Shown in pieces: positions 26,751 through 40,605 of a stretch of 64,000 nt of DNA. Position 1 is the stretch's first letter; every line of letters starts with the position of its first letter. This stretch comes from Mobula hypostoma. Its lineage: Eukaryota. The position numbers and the translations under genes were made by a program. The notes below the pieces were generated by a model that had not been told where the DNA came from, did not search any database, and saw only the letters and a list, made by a program, of their open reading frames with translations. The stretch lies in the NCBI RefSeq assembly GCF_963921235.1, contig NW_026948112.1:62001-126000 (forward strand), read 5' to 3'.

Positions 26751-26924
26751 AAGTTGCCATTAGTAGTTTCTGCAAGCACCTGTTCTATGTCCATACCTCA
26801 GATTTTTGTGTGTGTATCGAAAATTCAGCAGCTGTTTTAACGCAGAAATAGGCTCTCATAAACAATACACTTAATATAAACGTGTATCTAATACCAAAGT
26901 ACAATCTTCTTACAAATGTAGATA

Positions 26925-27135
26925 TAAAACACGGGATATTCTGCATATGCTAGAAATACAGTACAGAGAGACACACACCCACAAAAATTGCTGGAGGAAC
27001 TCTGCAGTTCAGGCAGCAACTAAGCAGAGGAGTACATAGTCTAGGTATGCTGAATGGGGCTTGGCCTAAACGTTGTCTATTTATTCCTCTCCACGTTTGC
27101 TGCTTGATATGTTGATTTCCACCAGTAATTTGCAG
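26925..27135. mobile_element. Penelope-derived fold-back element with decayed hammerhead
   Basis: Imperfect inverted arms at ~26984-27041 and ~27075-27132 around TGCTGAATGGGGCTTGGCCTAAACGTTG; similar to the PLE end at 41796-41935. Confidence 0.55.
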
Positions 27136-27519
27136 AAATTAACTACCTTTTATTTCCAATCAAACTGTTTCAAAATGTTTCTGTTCTTTCATTTGTAGCC
27201 ACATCCTGCCGGTCTGATTCCTCTTCCTGCCCCTCCTTGTAAACTCTAGGTCCCATCTCTTTCTGGAGCCCCAAAGCCCTGAGTCAGGCTGATAACTCTT
27301 CGGTTTCTGACTCTGCTCCATCGAAGATTCACTCGCTAGTCTGCTATCAGACTTTAGAGATGCAATGCAACAACTCAGCTGTCTGAGGCACAGTCATTTG
27401 AAATGAGTGAAAATAACACAAAACGTTGAATAGAGCGGGGACGAAGGAGTTTAACCAACTTCATCCAAAGCCTGAAGGACTTCAAAATCACAGTGAGCTC
27501 ATCGTTTTATTCAGCCTGG

Positions 27520-27930
27520 AGAGAAGCAGGCTAGAAGTTCAAGCAGGTGTATAGGATGATGAGAGACGCTGGTCGTGTGCATAGCCAGAGGCTTTTTCCC
27601 AAGGCTGAAACGGATAACACGAGGGGGAATAGGTTTAAGCTGCATGGAAGTAGGTACAGAGGAGATGTCAGAGATTTTTTTTTAAAACAAAGAGTGGTGT
27701 GTGTGTGGAATGCGCTGCCAGCGACAGTGGTAGAGGCGGATACAATAGGGTCTTTTAAGAGACTCCTAGATATTACATATTACATATATGTTAGATAGTA
27801 CATGGAGATTAAGAAAATAGAGGGCTATGCGGTAGGGTAATTATAGGCAGTTTCTAGGAGTTACGTGGTCGGCACAACACTGTGTGCCGAATGGGCTGTA
27901 ACGTGCTGTAGATCTGTATGATTCTATGAA
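27520..27930 (+). mobile_element. CR1 3' fragment
   Basis: FFLKQRVVCVWNALP motif and tail remnant ATGATTCTATG. Confidence 0.75.
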
Positions 27931-28169
27931 ATTCAAGGGAAATATCTTCTCCTACGGAGTAGTGACCAGCTGTAACCTGTCATCACAGGGAGAGTGAGAG
28001 GGAGAAGGAAGTCTGAGAATCGGAGCAGCAGTGCGGAGGAAGCCATTTTTGAATATTTCGTTTTTTTTCATCCGAGTTCAGAGAGGTGGGAGTGCGCAGG
28101 CGTGTGACGTCGCAGAGTGAAGCGCGGAAGATTTAAAAGGACAGAAATCCTGATTCGGCTGTAATTCGG

Positions 28170-28670
28170 AGAACATAGAACATAGAATAGTACAGCACAG
28201 TACAGGCCCTTCGGCCAACAATGTTGTGCCGACCCTCAAACCCTGCCTCCCATATAAGACCCACCTTAAATTCCTCCATATACCTGTCTAGTAGTCTCTT
28301 AAACTTCACTAGTGTATCTGCCTCCACCACTCAGGCAGTGCATTCCACGCACCAACCACTCTCTGAGTGAAAAACTTTCCTCTAATATCCCCCTTGAACT
28401 TCCCATCCCTTACCTTAAAGCCATGTCCTCTGGTATTGAGCAGTGGTGCCCTGGGGAAGGGGCGCTGGCTATCCACTCTATCTATTCCTCTTATTATCTT
28501 GTACACCTCAATTATGTCTCCTCTCATCCTTCTTCTCTCCAAAGAGTAAAGCCCTAGCTCCTTTAATCTCTGATAATAAGGCAGCATCCTGGTAAATCTC
28601 CTCTGTACCCTCTCCAATGCTTCCACATCATTCCTGTAGTGAGGCGACCAGAACTGGACACAGTACTCCA
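28170..28670 (-). mobile_element. CR1 3' portion, cut off by the satellite
   Basis: Very similar to 20980-21500; tail GAACATAGAACATAGAA at 28170. Confidence 0.88.
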
Positions 28671-31600
28671 GAGCATAGGATTCAAGGCAGGAGTTAAAGG
28701 GCAGGAGTTTCAGGGCAGGACTTCAGGGCATGAGATTCAGGGCAGGAGTTATCAGGGCAGGATATTCAGTGCAGTAGATTCAGGGCACGAGATTCAGGGC
28801 AGAGGTTTGAGGGCAGGAGTTTCAGAGCAGCAGTTTCAGGGCAGCAGTTTCAGAGTTGGAGTTTCACGGCAGTAGTTCCAGGGCAGGAGATTAAGCGCAG
28901 GAGTTTCAGGGCGTGAGATTGAAGGCAGGACTTTCAGTGCAGGAGTTTCCCGGCATGAGTTTCAGTGCAGGGGATTCACGGCAGGAGATTCAGGGCAATA
29001 GTTTCAGGACATTAGATTCAGGGCAGAAGTTTCAGGGTTGGAGTTTCAGGGCAGGAGATTCAGTGCCAGACGGCCAGGGAAGGAGATTCATTGCAGTAGA
29101 TTCAAGGTAGGGGTTTCAGGGCAGGAGTTTCACAGTTGGAGTTTCACGGAAGTAGAGTCAGGGCAGGAGATTAAGAGCAGGAGTTTCAGGGCAGCAGATT
29201 CAGGACATGAGATTCATGGCAGGAGTTTCAGGGCAGGAGATTCAGGGCAGGAGTTCCGGGGCTGGACTTTCAGGGCAGCGGTTTCAGGGCAGGAGATTCA
29301 GGGCAGGAGTTTCAGGGTTGGAGTTTCAGGGTTGTAGTTTCAGGGCAGGACTTTCAGGGCATGAGATCAAAGGCAGGACATTCAGGGCAGGAGTTTCAGG
29401 GCATGATTTTCAGTGCAGGAGTTTCAGGTCAAGAGTTTCAGGGCAGGAGTTTCAAGGCAGTAATTTCAGGGCAGGAGTTGAGGGCAAGAGTTTCAGGGCA
29501 GGAGTTGCAGGGCCTGAGATTCAGGGCAGGAGTTTCAGGGCAGTAGTTCCAGGGCAGGTGTTTTAGGGCAGGAGTTCCAGGGCTTGAGATTCAGGGAAGG
29601 AGTTGCAGGGCCTGAGATTCAGGGCAGGAGTTTCAGGGCATGAGATTCAGGGCAGTAATTCCAGGGCAGGAGTTCCAGGGCTTGAGATTCAGTGCAGGAG
29701 TTTCAGGGCAGGACTTTCAGAGCAGCTGTTTCAGTGCAGGAGATTCAGAGTTGGAGTTTCACGGCAGTAGTTTCAGGGCAGGAAATTAAGCGCAGGAGTT
29801 TCAGGGCAGCAGTTTCAGTGCATGAGATTGAAGGCAGGACTTTCAGGGCAGGAGTTCCCCGGCATGAGTTTCAGGGCAAGAGTTTCAGAGTTGGAGTTTC
29901 ACGGAAGGAGTTTCAGAGCAGCAGTTTCAGGGCATGAGATTGAAGGCATCACTTTCAGGGCAGGAGATTCAGAGCAACAGTTTCACGGCCGGAGATTCAG
30001 GGCAAGAGTTGCAGGACATGAGATTCAGGGCAGAAGTTTCAGTGCTGGATGTTCAGGAAAGGAGATTCAGGGCAGCAGTTTCAGGGCAGCAGGTTCAGGG
30101 CAGGAGATTCAATTCCAGAGTGTCGGGGCATGAGATTCATGGCAGGAGTTTTAGGTCAGGACATTCATGGGAGGAGATTCAGGGCCTGAGTTTCAGGGCT
30201 GGATTTCAGGGCAGGATTTTCAGGGAAGTAGTTTCAGGGCAGGAGTTTTATGGCATGAGTTTCAGGGCAGGAGTTTCAGAGCATGCGTTTAAGGGCAGGA
30301 GTTCCAGGGCTTGAGATTCAGTGCAGGAGTTTTAGGGCAGGAGTTTCAGAGTAGCTGTTTCAGTGCAGGAGTTTCAGAGTTGGAGTTTCACGGCAGTAGT
30401 TTCAGGGCAGGAAATTAAGCGCAGGAATTTCAGGGCAGCAGTTTCAGTGCATGAGATTGAAGGCAGGACTTTCAGGGCAGGAGATTAAGCACAGGAGTTT
30501 CAGGGCAGGAGTTTCAGGGCATGCGTTTAAGGGCAGGAGTTTGAGGGCAGAATTTCTGGGGCGGTAGTTTCAGGGCAGGAATTTAAGGGCAGGACTTTCA
30601 GAGCACGTGTTTGAGGGCCGGAGTTTGACGGCAGGAGCTTCAGGTCAGCAGTTTCAGGGCAGTAGTTTAGGGGCAGGAGATTTAGGTCAGCAGTTTCAGG
30701 GCAGTAGTTTAGGGGCTGGAGAGTCAGGGCAGCAGTTTCTGGGCAGGAGTTTAAGGGCAGAACTTTCAGGACAGGAGTTTCGGGGCATGAGATTCAGGGA
30801 ACTAGCTTGAGGGCAGGAGTTGCAGGGCTTGAGATTCAGGGCAGGAGTTTCAGGGTAGGAGATTCGGGGCAGGAGATTCATGGCAGGAGATTCAGGGCAA
30901 AAATTTCAGGATTGGAGTTTCAGGGCAGGAGTTTCAATTTATGAGATTCAGTGCAGGAGCTTCAGGGCAGGAGTTGCAGGTCAGGACTGTAAGGCATGAG
31001 GTTCAGGGCAGTAGTTTCAGAGCGGGAGTTTTAGGGCAGGAGTTTCAGGGCAGTAGTTTAGGGGCTGGAGAGTCAGGGCAGCAGTTTCTGGGCAGGAGTT
31101 TAAGGGCAGAACTTTCAGGACAGGAGTTTCGGGGCATGAGATTCAGGGAACTAGCTTGAGGGCAGGAGTTGCAGGGCTTGAGATTCAGGGCAGGAGTTTC
31201 AGGGTAGGAGATTCGGGGCAGGAGATTCATGGCAGGAGATTCAGGGCAAAAATTTCAGGATTGGAGTTTCAGGGCAGGAGTTTCAATTTATGAGATTCAG
31301 TGCAGGAGCTTCATCGCAGGAGTTGCAGGTCAGGACTGTAAGGCATGAGGTTCAGGGCAGTAGTTTCAGAGCGGGAGATTTAGGGCAGGAGTTTCAGGGC
31401 AGGAGTTGCAGGGCTTGAGATTCGGGGCCGGAGTTTCAGTGCATGCGTTTATGGGCAGGAGTTTGAGGGCAGAATTTTCAGGGCGGTAGTTTCAGGGCAG
31501 CTGTTTCAGGGCAGGAGTTTAAGGGCAGGACTTTCAGAGCACGAGTTTGAGGGCAGGAGCATCAGGTCAGCAGTTTCAGGGCAGTAGATTAAGGGCAGGA

Positions 31601-34600
31601 GATTCAGGGCTGGAGAATCAGGGCAGGAGATTCAGGGCAGGAGTTTGAGGGCAGCAGTTTCAGGGCAGCAGTTTCTGGACAGGAGTTTAAGGGCATAAGT
31701 TTCAGGACAGGAGTTTCGGGGCATAAGATTCAGGGCACTAGCTTGAGGGCAGGAGTTTCAGGGCAGGAGTTATATTGAGGATTTTCAGGGCAGGAGTTTC
31801 GGGGCATGATATTCAGGGCAGGAGATTCAGGGCAGGAGTTTCAGGGCAGGAGGTTCAGGATATGAGTTTTATGGCAGGAGTTTCAGTTCATGAGTTACAG
31901 GGCAGGAAATTCAGGGCTAGAGAATCGGGGCAGGATATTCAGGACAGCAATTTCAGGGAGGGAGTTTCAGGGCAGTAGTATCAGGGCAGCAGTTTCAGGG
32001 CAGGAGTTTCAGGATATGAGTTTCAGGGCTGGAAATTCAGGGCAGGAGTTTGAGGGCTGCGGTTTCAGGGCTGTAGTTTTAGGGGAGGTGGTTTAGGGGA
32101 GGAATTTCAGGGCAGGAGATTCAGGGCATGATTTTCAGGGCAGATGTTTCATGTCATGCGATTCAGGGCAGGAGTTTCAGGGCACCAGTTTGAGGGTAGG
32201 AGTTTCAGGGCAGGAAATTCAGGGCAACAGTTTCAGGGCAGGGGTTTCAGGGCCCCAGATTCAGGGCAGGACTTTTATTGAGGATTTTCAGGGCAGATGT
32301 TTCATGTCATGCGATTCAGGGCAGGAGTTTCAGGGCACCAGTTTGAGGGTAGGAGTTTCAGGGCAGGAAATTCAGGGCAACAGTTTCAGGGCAGGGGTTT
32401 CAGGGCCCCAGATTCAGGGCAGGACTTTTATTGAGGATTTTCAGGGCAGAGGTTTAGTGGCATGAGATTCAGGGCAGGGGGATAGGGCAGGAGTTTCACG
32501 GCAGGAGGTTCAGGGCAGCAGTTTCCGGTCAGGAGTTTCAGGGCATGAGTTTCGGGGCCGGAGATTCAGCGCTGGAGAATCAGTGCAGGAGATTCAGGGC
32601 AGAAGTTTTAGGGAAGGAGTTCCAGGGCAGAAGTTTCAGGACATGTGTTCCAGGGCAGGAGTTTAAGGGCAGGAGTTTGAGGGCAGCAGTTTGAGGGCAG
32701 CAGTTTCTGGGCAGCAGTTTAAGGGCAGAACTTTCAGGACAGGAGTTTCGAGGCAGGAGATTCAGGGAACTAGCTTGAGGGCAGGAGTTTCAGGACAGGA
32801 GTTTGGGAGCAGTAATTTCAGGGCAGGAGTTATATTGAGGAATTTCAGGGCAGGAGTTTCAGGGCATGAGATTCAGGGCAGGAGATTCAGGGCATGAGTT
32901 TCAGGGCAGGAGCTGCAGGGCTTGAGATTCAGGGCAGGAGTTGCAGGGCTTGAGATTCAGGGCAGGAGTTTCAGGGTAGGAGATTCGGGGCAGGAGATTC
33001 ACGCAGGAGATTCAGGGCATGAGTTTCAGGGCAGGAGCTGCAGGGCTTGAGATTCAGGGCAGGAGTTTCAGGGTTGGAGTTTCAGGGCAGGAGTTTCAAT
33101 GTATGAGATTCAGTGCAGGAGCTTCAGGGCAGGAGTTTCAGGTCAGGACTGTAAGGCATGAGATTCAGGGTAGTAGTTTCAGGGCAGGAGTTTTAGGGCA
33201 GGAGTTTCAGGGCAGGAGTTGCAGGGCTTGAGATTCGGGGCCGGAGTTTCAGGGCAGGAGTTTCAGGGCATTCGTTTAAGGGCAGGAGTTTAAGGGCTGA
33301 ATTTTAAGGGCGGTAGTTTCAGGGCAGCTGTTTCAAGGCAGGAGTTTAAGGGCAGGACTTTCAGAGCACGAGTTTGAGGGCCGCAGTTTGAGGGCAGGAG
33401 CTTCAGGTCAGCAGTTTCAAGGCAGTAGTTTAAGGGCAAGAGTTTCAGGGCAGGAGATTCAGGGCTGGAGAATCAGTGCAGGAGATTCAAGGCAGGAGTT
33501 TCAGGGAAGGAGTTTCAGGGCAGAAGTTTCAGGACATGAGTTTCAGGGCAGGAGTTTAAGGGCAGGAGTTTGAGGGCAGAACTTCCAGGACAGGAATTTC
33601 GAGGCAGGAGATTCAGGGAACTAGCTTGAGGGCAGGAGTTTCAGGACAGGAGTTTGAGAGCAGTAATTTCAGGGCAGGAGTTATATTGAGGAATTTCAGG
33701 GCAGGAGTTTCGGGGCATGAGATTCAGTGCAGGAGATTCAGGGCATGAGTTTCAGGGCAGGAGTTGCAGGGCTTGAGATTCAGGGCAGGAGTTTCAGGGT
33801 AGGAGATTCGGGGCAGGAGATTCACGGCAAGAGATTCAGGGCAAGAATTTCAGGGTTGGATTTTCAAAGCAGGAGTTTCAATGTATGAGATTCAGTGCAG
33901 GAGCTTCAAGGCAGGAGTTTCAGGTCAGGACTGTAAGGCATGAGATTCAGGGTAGTAGTTTCAGGGCAGGAGTTTTAGGGCAGGAGTTTCAGGGCAGGAG
34001 TTTCCGGGCATGCGTTTAAGGGCAGGAGTTTGAGGGCTGAATTTTCAGGGCAGCAGTTTCACTGCATGAGGTTTAGGGCAGGAGATTCAGGGCATGATTT
34101 TCATGACAGGTGTTTCATGTCATGAGATTCAGGGCAGGAGTTTCAGGGCACAAGTTTGAGGGCAGGAGTTTCCGGGCAGGAGATTCAGGGCAACAGTTTC
34201 AGGGCAGGGGTTTCAGATCCCCAGATTCATGGCAGAAGTTTCAGGGCAGTAGTTACAGGGCAGGAGTTTTATTGAGGATTTTCAGGGCAGGAGTTTCGTG
34301 GCATAAGATTCAGGGCAGGGTGTTTAGGGCAGGAGTTTCTCGGCAGGAGGTTCAGGGCAGCAGTTTCCGGTCAGGAGTTTCAGGGCATGAATTTCGGGGC
34401 AGGAGATTCAGGGCTGGGGAATCAGTGCAGGAGATTCAGGGCAGGAGTTTCAGGGCAGGAGTTTCAGGGCAGAAGTTTCAGGACATGAGTTTCAGGGCAG
34501 GAGTTCACGGCAGGAGACTGAGGGCAGGAGTTTCAGGGCAGGAGATTCAGGGCAGTTGTTTCAGGGAAGGAGTTTCAGGGCAGGAGTTTTAGTGCAGCAG

Positions 34601-37600
34601 TTTCAGCGCAGGAGTTTCAGTGCATGGATTTCAGGGCAGGAGTTTACAGGGCAGCAGTTTCAGGGCATGAGTTTCATGGCAGGAGATTCAGTTCATGAGT
34701 TTCAGGGCAGGGAATTCAGGGTTAGAGAATCGGGGCAGGAGATCCAGGGCAGCAGTTTCAGGGTAGGAGTTTCAGGGCAGTAGTTTCAGAGCAGGCGTTT
34801 CAGGGCTGGAGTTTCAGGACAGGAGTTTCAGGGCAGGAGTTTCATGGCAGGAGATTAGGTTCAGGATTTTCAGGTCAGGAGTTTCAGGGCAGCTGTTTCA
34901 GGGCAGGAGATTCAGGGCTGGAGAATCAGGGCGGGACATTCAGGGCAGGAGTTTCAGGGCAGTCGTTTCACGGCAGGAGTTTCAGGACATGAGTTTTCAG
35001 GGCAGCAGTTTCACAGCAGGAGATTCAGTCCAGGATTTTTAGGTCAGGAGCTTCAGGGCAGGAGTTATATTGAGGAGTTTCAGGGCAGGAGTTTCAGGTC
35101 AGGACTGTAAGGCATGAGGTTCAGGGCAGTAGTTTCAGAGCAGGAGTTTGAGGACCGGAGTTTGAGAGCAGGAGCTTCAGGTCAGCAGTTTCAGGGCAGT
35201 AGTTTAAGGGCAGGAGATTTAGAGCAGGAGTTTCAGGGCTGGAGAACCAGGGCAGGAGATTCAGGGCAGGAGTTTCAGGGCAGCAGTTTCTGGGCAGGAG
35301 TTTAAGGGCAGAACTTTCAGGACAGGAGTTTCGGGGCATGAGATTCAGGGAACTAGCTTGAGGGCAGGAGTTTCAGGGCAGGAGTTTGAGAGCAGTAATT
35401 TCAGGGCAGGAGTTATATTGAGGAATTTCAGGGCAGGAGTTTCGGGGTAGGAGATTCGGGGCAGGAGATTCACGGCAGGACATTCAGGTCAAGAATTTCA
35501 GGATTGGAGTTTCAGGGCAGGAGTTTGAATGTATGAGATTCAGTGCAGGAGCTTCAGGGCAGGAGTTTCAGGTCAGGACTGTAAGGCATGAGGTTCAGGG
35601 CAGTAGTTTCAGAGCAGGAGTTTTAGGGCAGGAGTTTCAGGGCAGGAGTTGCAGGGCTTGAGATTCGGGGCCGGAGTTTCAGGGCAGGAGTTTCAGTGCA
35701 TGCGTTTAAGGGCAGGAGTTTGAAGGCAGAATTTTCAGGCGGTAGTTTCAGGGCAGCTGTTTCAGGGCAGAAATTTAAGGACAGGACTTTCAGAGCACGA
35801 GTTTGAGGGCCGCAGTTTGAGGGCAGGAGCTTCAGGTCAGCAGTTTCAGGGCAGTAGTTTAAGGGCAGGAGTTTCAGGGCAGGAGATTCAGGGCTGGAGA
35901 ATCAGGGCAGGAGATTCATGGCAGGAGTTTGAGGGCAGCAGTTTCTGGACAGGAGTTTAAGGGCATAAGTTTCAGGACAGGAGTTTCGGGGCATAAGATT
36001 CAGGGGACTAGCTTGAGGGCAGGAGTTTCAGGGCAGGAGTTATATTGAGGAATTTCAGGGCAGGAGTTTCGGGGCATGAGATTCAGGGCAGGAGATTCAG
36101 GGCAGGAGGTTCAGGGTATGAGTTTTATTGCAGGAGTTTCAGTTCATGAGTTACAGGGCAGGAAATTCAGGGCTAGAGAATCGGGGCAGGAGATTCAGGA
36201 CAGCAGTTTCAGGGAGGGAGTTTCAGGGCAGTAGTATCAGGGCAGCAGTTTCGGGGCAGGAGTTTCAGGATATGAGTTTCAGGGCTGGAAATTCAGGGCA
36301 GGAGTTTGAGGGCTGCGGTTTCAGGTCTGTAGTTTCAGGGCAGGTGGTTTAGGGGAGGAGTTTCAGGGCAGGAGATTCAGGGCATGATTTTCAGGGCAGA
36401 TGTTTCATGTCATGCGATTCAGGGCAGGAGTTTCAGGGCACCAGTTTGAGGGTAGGAGTTTCAGGGCAGGAGATTCAGGGCAACAGTTTCAGGGCAGGGG
36501 TTTCAGGGCCCTAGATTCAGGGCAGGAGTTTTATTGAGGATTTTCAGGGCAGAGGTTTAGTGGCATGAGATTCAGGGCAGGGGGTTAGGGCAGGAGTTTC
36601 CGGTCAGGAGTTTCAGGGCATGAGTTTCGGGGCATAAGATTCAGGGCACTAGCTTGAGGGCAGGAGTTTCAGGGCAGGAGTTTGAGAGCAGTGGTTTCAG
36701 AGCAGGAGTTATATTGAGGAATTTCAGGGCAGGAGTTTCGGGGCATGAGATTCAGGGCAGGAGTTTCAGGGTATGAGTTTAAGGGCAGGAGTTTGAGGGC
36801 AGAATTTTCAGGGCGGTAGTTTCAGGGCAGCTGTTTCAGGGCAGGAGTTTAAGGGCAGGACTTTCAGAGCACGAGTTTGAGGGCAGGAACTTCAGGTCAG
36901 TAGTTTCAGGGCAGTAGTTTAAGGGCAGGAGTTTCCGGGCATGAGATTCAGGGCTGGAGAATCAGGGCAGGAGATTCAGGGCTGGAGTTTGAGGGCAGCA
37001 GTTTCAGGGCAGCAGTTTCTGGACAGGAGTTTAAGCGCAGAAGTTTCAGGACAGGAGTTTCGGGGCATAAGATTCAGGGCACTAGCTTGAGGGCAGGAGT
37101 TGCAGGGCTTGAGATTCGGGGCCGGAGTTTCAGGGCAGGAGTTTCAGGGCATGCGTTTAAGGGCAGGAGTTTGAGGGCAGTATTTTCAGGGCGGTAGTTT
37201 CAGGGCAGCAGTTTCAGGGCAGCAGTTTCGGGGCATAAGATTCAGGGCACTAGCTTAAGGGCAGGAGTTTCTGGGCAGAAGTTTGAGAGCAGTGGTTTCA
37301 ATGCAGGAGTTATATCGAGGAATTTCAGGGCAGGAGTTTCGGGGCATGAGATTCAGGGCAGGAGATTCAGGGCAGGAATTTCAGGGCTGTAGTTACAGGG
37401 CAGGAGTTTCAGGGCAGGAGGTTCAGGGTATGAGTTTTATGGCAGGAGTTTCAGTTCATGAGTTACAGGGCAGGAAATTCAGGGCTAGAGAATCGGGGCA
37501 GGAGATTCAGGACAGCACTTTCAGGGAGGGAGTTTCAGGGCAGTAGTATCAGGGCATGATTTTCAGGGCAGATGTTTCATGTCATGCGATTCAGGGCAGG

Positions 37601-40600
37601 AGTTTCAGGGCACCAGTTTGAGGGTAGGAGTTTCAGGGCAGGAGATTCGGGGCAACAGTTTCAGGGCAGGGGTTTCAGGGCCCCAGATTCAGGGCAGGAG
37701 TTTTATTGAGGATTTTCAGGGCAGGGGTTTAGTGGCATGAGATTCAGGGCAGGGGGTTAGGGCAGGAGTTTCACGGCAGGAGGTTCAGGGCAGCAGTTTC
37801 CGGTCAGGAGTTTCAGGGCATGAGTTTCGGGGCCGGAGATTCAGGGCTGGAGAATCAGAGCAGGAGATTCAGGGCAGGAGTTTCAGGGAAGGAGTTTCAG
37901 GGCAGAAGTTTCAGGACATGAGTTTCAGGGCAGGAGTTTAAGGGCAGGAGTTTTAGGCCAGGAGTTTTAGGCCAGGAGTTTCAGGGCTGGAGAATCAGTG
38001 CAGGAGATTCAGGGCAGCAGTTTGAGGGCAGCAGTTTCTGGGCAGCAGTTTAAGGGCAGAACTTTCAGGACAGGAGTTTCGAGGCAGGAGATTCAGGGAA
38101 CTAGCTTGAAGGCAGGAGTTTCAGGACAGGAGTTTGAGAGCAGTAATTTCAGGGCAGGAATTATATTGAGGAATTTCAGGGCAGGAGATTCGGGGCATGA
38201 GATTCAGGGCAGGAAATTCAGGGCAGGAGTTTCAGGGCAGGAGTTGCAGGGCTTGAGATTCAGGGCAGGAGTTTCAGGGTAGGAGATTCGGGGCAGGAGA
38301 TTCAGGGGAGGAGTTTCAGGTCAGGACTGTAAGGCATGAGGTTCAGGGTAGTAGTTTCAGGGCAGCTGTTTCAGGGCAGGAGTTTAAGGGCACGAGTTTG
38401 AGGGCCGCAGTTTGAGGGCAGGAGCTTCAGGTCAGCAGTTTCAGGGCAGTAGTTTAAGGGCAGGAGTTTCAGGGCAGGAGATTCAGGGCAGGAGTTTGAG
38501 GGCAGCAGTTTCAGGGAAGCAGTTTCTGGACAGGAGTTTAAGGGCAGAAGTTTCAGGACAGGAGTTTCGGGGCATAAGATTCAGGGCACTAGCTTGAGGG
38601 CAGGAGTTTGAGAGTAGTGGTTTCAGAGCAGGATTTATATTGAGGAATTTCAGGGCAGGAGTTTCGGGGCATGAGATTCAGGGCAGGAGTTTCAGGGTAT
38701 GAGTTTAAGGGCAGGAGTTTGAGGGCAGAATTTTCAGGGCGGTAGTTTCAGGGCAGGAGTTTAAGGGCAGGACTTTCAGAGCACGAGTTTGAGGGCAGGA
38801 GATTCAGGTCAGTAGTTTCAGGGTAGTAGTTTAAGGGCAGGAGTTTCCGGGCATGAGATTCAGGGCTGGAGAATCAGGGCAGGAGATTCAGGGCTGGAGT
38901 TTGAGGGCAGCAGTTTCAGGGCAGCAGTTTCTGGACAGGAGTTTAAGCGCAGAAGTTTCAGGACAGGAGTTTCGGGGCATAAGATTCAGGGCACTAGCTT
39001 GAGGGCAGGAGTTTGAGAGCAGTGGTTTCAGGGCAGGAGTTATATTGAGGAATTTCAGGGCAGGAGTTTCGGGGCATGAGATTCAGGGCAGGAGATTCAG
39101 GGCAGGAGTTTCAGGGCAGGAGTTTCAGGGCAGGAGGTTCAGGGTATGAGTTTTATGGCAGGAGTTTCAGTTCATGAGTTACAGGGCAGGAAATTCAGGG
39201 CTAGAGAATCGGGGCAGGAGATTCAGAACAGCAGTTTCAGGGAGGGAGTTTCAGGGCAGTAGTATGAGGGCAGCAGTTTCAGGGCAGGAGTTTCAGGATA
39301 TGAGTTTCAGGGCTGGTAATTCTGGGCAGGAGTTTGAGGGCTGCGGTTTTAGGGTTGTAGTTTCAGGGCAGGTGGTTTAGGGGAGGAGTTTCAGGGCAGG
39401 AGATTCAGGGCATGATTTTCAGGGCAGATGTTTCATGTCATGCGATTCAGGGCAGGAATTTCAGGGCACAAGTTTGAGGGTAGGAGTTTCAAGGCAGGAG
39501 ATTCAGGGCAGGGGTTTCAGGGCCCTAGATTCAGGGCAGGAGTTTTATTGAGGATTTTCAGGGCAGGGGTTTAGTGGCATGAGATTCAGGGCAGGGGGTT
39601 AGGGCAGGAGTTTCACGGCAGGAGGTTCAGGGCAGCAGTTTCCGGTCAGGAGTTTCAGGGCATGAGTTTCGGGGCCGGAGATTCAGGGCTGGAGAATCAG
39701 TGCAGGAGATTCAGGGCAGGAGTTTCAGGGAAGGAGTTTCAGGGCAGAAGTTTCAGGACATGAGTTTCAGGGCAGGAGTTCACGGCAGGAGACTGAGGGC
39801 AGGAGTTTCAGTGCAGGAGATTCAGGGCAGTCATTTCAGGGCAGGAGTTTCAGGGGAGGAGATTTAGGGCAGGAGTTTCAGCTCAGGAGTTTCACGGCAG
39901 GAGATTAGGCCCACGATTTTCAGGTCAGGAGTTTTAGGGCATGCATTTAACGGCAGGAGTTTGAGGGCAGGATTTTTAGGGCAGCAGTTTCCAGTAAGGA
40001 GTTTCAGGGCATGAGTTTCGGGGCAGGAGATTTAGGGCAGGAGATTCAGGGCTGGAGAATCAGGGCAGGAGATTCAGGGCAGGAGTTTCAGGGCAGCAGT
40101 TTAAGGGCAGAAGTTTCAGGGCATAAGATTCAGTGCAGGAGTTTGAGGGCAGGGGTTTCAGGGCATGTGTATCAGGGCAGGATTTTTAGGGCAGGAGTTT
40201 CAGGGCAGTAGTTTCTGGACATCAGTTTCAGGGCATGAGTTTTCGGGCAGGAGATTCAGTGCATGAATTTCAAAGCAGGAGATTCAGGGCAAGAGTTTCA
40301 GGACAGTAGATTCAGGGCTGGAGTTTCAGGGCAGGAATTTCAGGGCAGGAGTTTCAGGGCTGTAGTTTCACTGCAGGAGGTTTAGGGCAGGAGTTTCAGG
40401 GCAGGAGATTCAGGGCAGTTGTTGCAGGGAAGGAGTTTCAGGGCAGGAGATTTAGTGCAGCAGTTTCAACACAGGAGTTTCAGTGCATGGATTTCAGGGC
40501 AGGAGTTTTCAGGGCAGGAGTTTCAGGGCATGAGTTTCAGTTCATGAGTTTCAGGGCAGGGAATTCAGGGCTAGAGAATCGGGGCAGGAGATTCGGGGCA

Positions 40601-40605
40601 GCAGT
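28671..40605 (+). repeat. Subtelomeric satellite, 14-bp unit GGGCAGGAGTTTCA, ~11.9 kb, with higher-order duplications
   Basis: Direct reading; common variant GGGCAGGAGATTCA; block duplications at offsets of 349 bp (30696/31045) and 153 bp (32151/32304). Confidence 0.97.

Noticed and set aside
28075..28165. CpG-rich patch with TGACGTC and TTTAAAA as a host promoter
   Set aside because: No downstream exon is identifiable; it could equally be a LINE 5' UTR remnant.
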